A stretch of DNA of 29,940 bases. Origin: a virus (taxonomy: Duplodnaviria; Caudoviricetes). The stretch's first letter is position 1. Each line of letters opens with the position of its first letter. The DNA lies in IMG/VR virus record IMGVR_UViG_3300027813_002889, positions 1 to 29,940 of that record. One strand, 5' to 3'. Positions 24,388 through 29,940 of the stretch are shown here, piece by piece. Made by a program: the position numbers and the translations under genes. Under the pieces are notes generated by a model, which did no database searches, had not been told where the DNA came from, and saw nothing but the letters and a program-made list of their open reading frames with translations.

Positions 24388-24421
24388 AAAATGGACGGCT
24401 TTCGGGTCGTCCATTTTTTTT
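24388..24421 (+). terminator. Rho-independent terminator with a UUCG tetraloop
   Basis: AAAATGGACGGCT-TTCG-GGTCGTCCATTTT; the T run totals 8. Confidence 0.9.
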
Positions 24422-24438
24422 GGAGTAAATAGTTAGTT

Positions 24439-24609
24439 ATGAAAATAGTTACCTTACTATTAGGAATTCTTGTATTAAGTTCTTGCACTAATACAACCGA
24501 ATATGTTAAAACCTGCAAGTTTCAAACAGTTGTAGAACTCCATGGGAATTCAAAATCAGACCTTTTTCAAAATGCAGTACCTCAAGCAAATATTAGATGT
24601 CCTTTTTAA
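24439..24609 (+). CDS. 56-aa lipoprotein (not in the ORF track)
   Basis: MKIVTLLLGILVLSSC lipobox; ends NIRCPF; TAAATA 7 nt upstream. Confidence 0.7.
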   Translation: MKIVTLLLGILVLSSCTNTTEYVKTCKFQTVVELHGNSKSDLFQNAVPQANIRCPF

Positions 24610-24610
24610 C

Positions 24611-24639
24611 TTGACAAACTCCAAAAAAGAGTATACAGT
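24611..24639 (+). promoter_or_regulatory. sigma70-type promoter for tRNA-Arg
   Basis: TTGACA-17-TACAGT, ending 6 nt before the tRNA 5' end. Confidence 0.6.
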
Positions 24640-24645
24640 TTACTT

Positions 24646-24722
24646 GTACCTGTAGTTCATCTGGATAGAACACTCGGTTGCGGACCGGGAGGCAGGAGGT
24701 TCGAGTCCTCTCAGGTACACCA
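24646..24722 (+). tRNA. tRNA-Arg(GCG)
   Basis: Acceptor GTACCTG/CAGGTAC, A73, CCA. D arm GTTC/GAAC with GGA (A20 Arg identity); stem CTCGG/CCGGG with loop TT-GCG-GA; GGTTCGAGTCC. Confidence 0.9.
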
Positions 24723-24732
24723 AAAAAAGAGG

Positions 24733-24761
24733 TTGACTTCCGTAGATAACGATTGTATAAT
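24733..24761 (+). promoter_or_regulatory. sigma70-type promoter for the DNA ligase
   Basis: TTGACT-17-TATAAT. Confidence 0.8.
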
Positions 24762-24770
24762 GTATATAAC

Positions 24771-24792
24771 AATTAGGCAATAGAGAGGCAAA
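24771..24792 (+). repeat. 22-nt leader element, copy 2
   Basis: AATTAGGCAATAGAGAGGCAAA. Confidence 0.8.
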
Positions 24793-24795
24793 TAC

Positions 24796-26124
24796 ATGAG
24801 AACACAACCACAAGAAGTTATTGAACGTTTAGAAGCTGACAATAGTAAACTCGCAAAACAAGCAATCCTTAAGGCGGCGATGGAAGAAGGACTAGATGAG
24901 TTCTTTGAAGGAGTGCGTATGGCACTTGATCCACTCGTTACATTTGGCGTTAAGAAAGTTCCTCAAAAAACCGAAAACGAAGTATTATCAGCACAAGGAT
25001 GTGCTTGGCCAGTATTTAAAGATCTAGCAGACAAGCTAATTGCAAGACAACTTACAGGCCATGCGGCACGTGATGCTATTGAACTTGTAATGAGTCTTGC
25101 TACTGCTGAACAATGGAATGGCTTTTATAGACGTATATTAATTAAAGACTTACGTTGTGGTATGAGTGAAAAGACTGTTAACAAAGTAGCTAAAGAGTTT
25201 CCGCAATATGCGATTCCAGTTTTTACTTGTAGTCTAGCACATGATTCAGCTAATCATCCAAAGAAAATGATTGGCATGAAACAAATCGAAGTTAAACTTG
25301 ATGGTGTTCGTGTACTGGCAGTTTGTAAAAATGGTAAAGTAGAATTGTTTAGCCGTAACGGAAAACAGTTTCATAACTTTGATCATATTATTAAAGAAAT
25401 TGAAGAAGTACTAAAAACTAGTCCTGCTCCATATGATTTGGTATTGGACGGTGAGGTAATGAGTGCAGACTTTCAGGATCTAATGAAACAGATACATCGT
25501 AAAGATGGTAAGAGAGCAACTGACGCAGTATTACACTTGTTTGATTTTATTCCATTACAAGACTTCCTTGCTGGTGGATGGGACAAATCCCAAAGTATTA
25601 GGAGCCAAATGGTGAAGGCTTGGGTAGCCCAACATACAAGCGTCTTACAGCACGTTACAGCGTGTGAGTGGGAAGATGTAGACCTGAGTACTACTGAAGG
25701 CAATAGTCGCTTTGTAGAGCTGAATAAAGCGGCTGTAGACGGTGGATACGAAGGAGTTATGATCAAAGATATTGATGCACCCTACGAATGCAAACGTACA
25801 CATGCTTGGCTTAAAGCAAAACCATTTATTGAAATTACACTAAAAGTCGTAGACGTTGAAGAAGGCACTGGACGTAATACGGGTAAATTAGGTGCCGTAA
25901 TAGTAGAAGGAGAAGACGATGGATACAATTATCACCTTAACTGTGGAAGCGGTTTCACTGACGATCAACGTACTAGCTTCTGGGCTGACCGTACTAACAT
26001 CATTGATTCTTTAGTAGAAATTAGAGCAGATGCTCGTACTAAATCACAAGATTCAGAAACTTATAGCTTACGTTTTCCAAGATTTAAGTGCTTTAGAGGC
26101 TTTGAATCCGGCGAAAAAATCTAA
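24796..26124 (+). CDS. ATP-dependent DNA ligase
   Basis: Motif I EVKLDGVR, LFSRNGK, VLDGE, LFD, YEGVMIK, WLKAK, CGSGF, SLRFPRF. Confidence 0.96.
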   Translation: MRTQPQEVIERLEADNSKLAKQAILKAAMEEGLDEFFEGVRMALDPLVTFGVKKVPQKTENEVLSAQGCAWPVFKDLADKLIARQLTGHAARDAIELVMSLATAEQWNGFYRRILIKDLRCGMSEKTVNKVAKEFPQYAIPVFTCSLAHDSANHPKKMIGMKQIEVKLDGVRVLAVCKNGKVELFSRNGKQFHNFDHIIKEIEEVLKTSPAPYDLVLDGEVMSADFQDLMKQIHRKDGKRATDAVLHLFDFIPLQDFLAGGWDKSQSIRSQMVKAWVAQHTSVLQHVTACEWEDVDLSTTEGNSRFVELNKAAVDGGYEGVMIKDIDAPYECKRTHAWLKAKPFIEITLKVVDVEEGTGRNTGKLGAVIVEGEDDGYNYHLNCGSGFTDDQRTSFWADRTNIIDSLVEIRADARTKSQDSETYSLRFPRFKCFRGFESGEKI

Positions 26125-26142
26125 AATTAAATTCACTTTTAC

Positions 26143-26170
26143 TTGACTTTTAATTTCCTTGCTATATAAT
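26143..26170 (+). promoter_or_regulatory. sigma70-type promoter
   Basis: TTGACT-16-TATAAT. Confidence 0.65.
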
Positions 26171-26209
26171 AGCTAATGCAACGGTTATTCTTTAAGGAGA
26201 AATATTGAG

Positions 26210-27502
26210 ATGGGGAAAACGATTAACTTGCGAGGAAGCAAGAAAAAGAAAAAGGTCGTTCGACGAACAAGTAACAAAAGCCATGAGCCTGATCTTTCAA
26301 ATGGATTAGAAATGTCTGCTAAAGATTTTCATTATGCAAGAAGTAAGGCGTTGGATCATTATCGCTTAGAACATAAAAGTTCTGATTTTAAACTTTGGAT
26401 TCTAGAATATTGTAAGAATCACGAGAAGTATAAAGATAATGTTGAAGCTATTGGTAAATGCCCTGACTATAAATTTACTAGTGCTACTGGTGGGTTATGT
26501 AGGCAACTAATGGCCGGTATGCCAGATGTGCATCCTAAAGAACAAGAATTTAGAGATAGTATGCCTGGATTAATGGGTGAAGTTAGATCGTCAACATCCT
26601 GGATCTATAAGCAACTAGATGAATTAATTCCAATTGGTGAAGCGATTGTTCAAGAAAAGAAAGACGCCTCAGTAAAATTAGTAGGAGGACCAGTATTGTC
26701 TATTCAAGATCGTATTAGAATACAAGCCTATAAGATGATGGAACCGATTGATGAGTGGTTAGATGGATGGAGTGTAACCCCACATAAATTTGAGCCAAAC
26801 GGATTTAATTTTTCTAAGCACTTTGTAGAACTAAAAGTAACACAAGCTCATGCTAGAAAAATATCAGAATTTTATGCCGCTGAGCTTTCTGAATTAGAAG
26901 AATTACTAACTCCGCTTTCTAAAAAAGAATTTTCGAAATTAAGCGAAAAAGATCAAGATTGGGCAGAACAACTTAAAGAAGCATATTCGTGTTATGATAA
27001 GAAAGATTTAAAACTAAAGCTAGAAGGACTTTCAAACTTTAAAGGAGCATTAGATCTTATTATTGCACAAAGCAAAGCTACTCGTAAAACACGAAAAAGA
27101 GCACCAAAGAGTAAAGAAAAACTAGTTAATAAACTAAAATATGCAATTAAAGATGATAAGTTCCAAATAGCAAGTATTAACCCGATAGATATTATAGGAT
27201 GTGAAGAACTGTGGATCTTTAATGTTAAAACACGCAAATTAGGAAGATATCTAGCTAGTAGTGTTGATCCACAGGGACAAGAACGTGAAGGTACAGGATT
27301 GAGTATTAAAGGTACAACAATTATAGGCTTTAAAGAAGAATCAGTACAAAAGACCCTTAGAAAGCCAGGGGAAAAACTTAAGGAATTTAAGGACGCTGGT
27401 AAGATTAAACTACGTACTTTCCTCGAAGATATCAATGCAGTTGACATTAAACTTAATGGACGGATTAATACCGATACTATTATTCTTAAGGCAGTAAGAT
27501 AA
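26210..27502 (+). CDS. Conserved-looking hypothetical myophage protein
   Basis: 430-aa ORF with SD AAGGAG; C-terminal W.FN.KTRKLG.Y...IKGTTI.GF...QKTLRKP...NGRIN..TIIL. Confidence 0.8.
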   Translation: MGKTINLRGSKKKKKVVRRTSNKSHEPDLSNGLEMSAKDFHYARSKALDHYRLEHKSSDFKLWILEYCKNHEKYKDNVEAIGKCPDYKFTSATGGLCRQLMAGMPDVHPKEQEFRDSMPGLMGEVRSSTSWIYKQLDELIPIGEAIVQEKKDASVKLVGGPVLSIQDRIRIQAYKMMEPIDEWLDGWSVTPHKFEPNGFNFSKHFVELKVTQAHARKISEFYAAELSELEELLTPLSKKEFSKLSEKDQDWAEQLKEAYSCYDKKDLKLKLEGLSNFKGALDLIIAQSKATRKTRKRAPKSKEKLVNKLKYAIKDDKFQIASINPIDIIGCEELWIFNVKTRKLGRYLASSVDPQGQEREGTGLSIKGTTIIGFKEESVQKTLRKPGEKLKEFKDAGKIKLRTFLEDINAVDIKLNGRINTDTIILKAVR

Positions 27503-27510
27503 ATACTAGC

Positions 27511-28632
27511 ATGAGCATACATGACATAAATGATACTGAAATTTTAGCAGTAAAAAATGGACTTTTACAATTAGGTGAAGCTATTGATACTATTGCTCAC
27601 AGACAACTTCCAGCACCTGAAATTGCAGATAGAAGTTTAAGTGGTAATAAGATACACGGTGGCAAAATTGCAGATTTTTCAAGTTTAGGAATCCGCGATA
27701 AAGCAACCAAGCAAATCCTTGTTGTAACTAATGATGGCGTACTTACAGATAATCTTACAGTCCAAGAACTGCTTGGTGATGTTAAGGTAGAATCTAATCT
27801 TACTGTGGGTGGTACTATTACTGCTTCTAAGTTAAATGTAGATGAGCTAAACGCAGATGTTAGAAACGAACGAACAACACCTTTAATATTTGAGTGTACA
27901 GAAGCAGACGGGCCTTATGGCAAAGGACTAATGTGGACAGGATCAGGACATACTAAGCAATTAATAATGTCTGCAAATCCTGATCGTATTTGGTCAAGTG
28001 AATCTTTTGATTTACACGAAGATTCCGAGTATCGTATAGGCAATGTTAAAGTATTAGGTAATACTGAACTTGGCCCAGATGTAACGACATCGAGTTTAAC
28101 AACTGTAGGAACATTACGTAATTTAAGAACAGACGGCAATTTAGTAATAGATCAATTTATCTTTTATGACGGGGATCAAATGCGCCTTGGCATAGGCACT
28201 GATGCTAGTAATGGACAATTAAGTGTTGCTGGTAATGAAGTTGAATTTATTATTGATCCAGAATATGATGCCGTTAATGTAGGAACATATACTACCAGTG
28301 ATATGAAATTAATCACTGATAATCAATGCCGAATAGAACTTAAAGCAAGTAACCGGATTAATATAGGATCCGATAGTGAGAGTGTTACAACGATCACTGG
28401 AAAATTAGGGGTTGGTGTTAATAATCCTGATGTATGTTTCAGTACAGCCGGTCCTGTTAAGTTTGAAAATAAAAAATTCGAAGTAGGAAGAGAAGCACCG
28501 GTAAACGGAATCTACGCTAAAGGCGATATTGTTTGGAACTCGGAACCACAACCAACTGGGTATGTTGGCTGGGTTAGTATTCGAAGCGGAACGCCGGGGA
28601 TTTGGAAACCATTTGGTGTTATAGGAGCATAA
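27511..28632 (+). CDS. Probable virion/tail-associated beta-rich protein
   Basis: Late-type TAAATA 5 nt upstream; TSSLTTVGTL, RLGIGT, KLGVGV repeats; KGDIVWNSEP...YVGW...G.PG.W..FG.I C-terminus. Confidence 0.65.
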   Translation: MSIHDINDTEILAVKNGLLQLGEAIDTIAHRQLPAPEIADRSLSGNKIHGGKIADFSSLGIRDKATKQILVVTNDGVLTDNLTVQELLGDVKVESNLTVGGTITASKLNVDELNADVRNERTTPLIFECTEADGPYGKGLMWTGSGHTKQLIMSANPDRIWSSESFDLHEDSEYRIGNVKVLGNTELGPDVTTSSLTTVGTLRNLRTDGNLVIDQFIFYDGDQMRLGIGTDASNGQLSVAGNEVEFIIDPEYDAVNVGTYTTSDMKLITDNQCRIELKASNRINIGSDSESVTTITGKLGVGVNNPDVCFSTAGPVKFENKKFEVGREAPVNGIYAKGDIVWNSEPQPTGYVGWVSIRSGTPGIWKPFGVIGA

Positions 28633-28636
28633 CACC

Positions 28637-28981
28637 ATGAAGCAATACCAGACTCACTTTTTAGAATCATTCGTGTGGATTGGACGAGTACTACCCTTAA
28701 CAGCATTACTAGGAATATTATTAGGCTTACATTTTGAGCTTGATACGTTTGTTCAATTCTTAAAGGCTTCAATAGCATTGACATTCGGAACTATTGCATT
28801 TATTTGGTGGTGGTGGGTAGTTGACGCTATTAGAAATCAAAATAAATTTTTTAATGAAAGTTACGACCGCTTTTCAGACATGCACCAAAATCTAATTGAT
28901 ATCAAGACAGATATTTCAAGAGTGCAAAAGTTACACATCGAAGAATTAGAAATTCTACATAAGAAACGCAAAGGACAGTAG
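28637..28981 (+). CDS. Two-TM membrane protein with a C-terminal coiled coil
   Basis: Two hydrophobic segments, a WWWW run and a basic C-terminus. Confidence 0.7.
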   Translation: MKQYQTHFLESFVWIGRVLPLTALLGILLGLHFELDTFVQFLKASIALTFGTIAFIWWWWVVDAIRNQNKFFNESYDRFSDMHQNLIDIKTDISRVQKLHIEELEILHKKRKGQ

Positions 28982-28982
28982 T

Positions 28983-29384
28983 ATGAAAAAGATATTTTTA
29001 ATATTAATTTGTCTAGTCTTTTCGCCTTCTGTTTTTGCAGAAGAAATTGACCCAACAAATAAATTTACAAGTAAAACAGACTTCTTTCGAAGCATGTCAT
29101 TTTGGTCTTGGTCAGATATACCTGAAACTATTACAACGTATATGGATACAGATCATGATGGAAAATTAGATGTTGTTTGGGCATTTCCCTTAATCAACGT
29201 ATTAGAATTGCCATCTTGTAGAGCTGAAGATGAACCTCTAGAACAAGAAGGCACCATGACATTTTCTACTTGTCATATTAACGAAGTTCGCAGTCCAATA
29301 CTTTATATAGTATCATCTAAAGGATGGCATTGCCATACTTGTCCATACCTAAGAATGGATAAGAACTCTGTTATAGTTCATTAA
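28983..29384 (+). CDS. Secreted hypothetical protein with an EF-hand-like loop
   Basis: Sec signal peptide (MKK...VFA); DTDHDGKLD; four Cys in the mature part. Confidence 0.65.
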   Translation: MKKIFLILICLVFSPSVFAEEIDPTNKFTSKTDFFRSMSFWSWSDIPETITTYMDTDHDGKLDVVWAFPLINVLELPSCRAEDEPLEQEGTMTFSTCHINEVRSPILYIVSSKGWHCHTCPYLRMDKNSVIVH

Positions 29385-29938
29385 GTTTTAATAATATAAT
29401 TTAAAATCAATGTTGGTTGGATGTTAACGTGGGCCGCACCGCCACCTGTTGTTCCTGTAGTTGCCGCACTTGATCCTCCAGAAACATCAATACCAGTTGT
29501 ATTATTTGTGTCACCTGTATCTGGTGAGTAGTTGTAACTATGCTCATGAGCAGGTATTTGTGATTCAGTAAGTGTTACCGTTTCAGCACCACCACTTGAC
29601 CCTAGTACATCACCATCAATGCCGCCTATTCCGCCAGCGCCTGTTAGTCTGTCAGCTGATACGCTACCCATGTCGTCTTGTCCAGCAATAGTACGACCAC
29701 GTAAATCTGGTATATTAAAAGTTGTTGATCCGTCACCAACTCCGTATACTTCTGCTAGTACTGTAAATAAGCCTGCGTATGTTGTTCTTAGAACAGCTTG
29801 TCCATAACAAAGAAGCCAACCTGTAGGAGCAGTGATACCTGCAAATGCTATAATAGAACCTGTTGGATTAGTTCCTAAATCAACGTATGTCTTAACTGCT
29901 TTTTCTGTTGGAACTGCTGAATCACTATTACCTGCTAA
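29381..29938 (-). CDS. Tail fibre protein 3' end with phage tail-collar domain (continues beyond the window)
   Basis: Frame open to the window edge: SDSAVPTEKAVKTYVD, PTGSIIAFAG..AP.GWLLC.G...GDGSTTFNIPDLRGR, GGAETVTLT..QIPAHEH, NIQP...LNYIIK. Confidence 0.9.
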   Translation of the reverse strand, partial: LAGNSDSAVPTEKAVKTYVDLGTNPTGSIIAFAGITAPTGWLLCYGQAVLRTTYAGLFTVLAEVYGVGDGSTTFNIPDLRGRTIAGQDDMGSVSADRLTGAGGIGGIDGDVLGSSGGAETVTLTESQIPAHEHSYNYSPDTGDTNNTTGIDVSGGSSAATTGTTGGGAAHVNIQPTLILNYIIKT

Positions 29939-29940
29939 GG

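Noticed and set aside
26992-27522. 176-aa antisense ORF and the other minus-strand shadow ORFs (e.g. 324-512, 3814-4173, 8279-8644, 9111-9485, 25473-25766)
   Set aside because: They are antisense to well-supported genes, with no motifs or expression signals; expected from codon bias.
29619-29807. 62-aa plus-strand ORF, and the 29381-29671 ORF as a stand-alone gene
   Set aside because: The minus frame continues through a tail-collar domain to the window edge, so both are parts or shadows of the tail-fibre gene.
1-29940. Stop-codon reassignment, CRISPR array, integrase/transposase, intron or intein
   Set aside because: Known genes are full length in code 11 and TAA, TAG and TGA all end genes. 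No repeat-spacer array or mobile-element motif is seen, and DnaK and the ligase have normal lengths.

Overview
This window is a gene-dense, AT-rich segment of a large lytic dsDNA phage with T4-like transcription signals, probably marine. Its host is probably an alphaproteobacterium, inferred from the DnaK signature, the hemO/pcyX pair, an RT0821-type lipoprotein and a ROSE-like leader. Two promoter classes are visible: host sigma70-type (TTGAC-16/18-TATAAT) and T4-late-like (TAAATA/TAAGTA). Recognisable genes include a thermonuclease, SET protein, SleB hydrolase, DesC-type desaturase, lipoproteins, two bS21 paralogues, GuaC, Hsp20, DnaK, ClpS, ClpP, 2OG oxygenases, dCMP deaminase, ATP-dependent DNA ligase, two tRNAs and the 3' end of a tail-fibre gene. 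The most notable signals are: (1) a hemO-pcyX bilin cassette with a flavin halogenase, a nitrilase-family hydrolase and an unannotated 35-aa membrane peptide inserted in a mostly overlapping gene chain; (2) a membrane/coiled-coil gene with a two-state RBS-sequestering leader and an A11 slip site opening a start-less -1 frame that fills the gap to the next gene; (3) two bS21 copies with divergent C-tails alongside several apparently leaderless late genes; (4) a ROSE-like thermometer on hsp20; (5) a putative capsid-targeted nuclease; (6) a tRNA-Arg(GCG). All family calls come from motif recognition by eye; no database searches were run.
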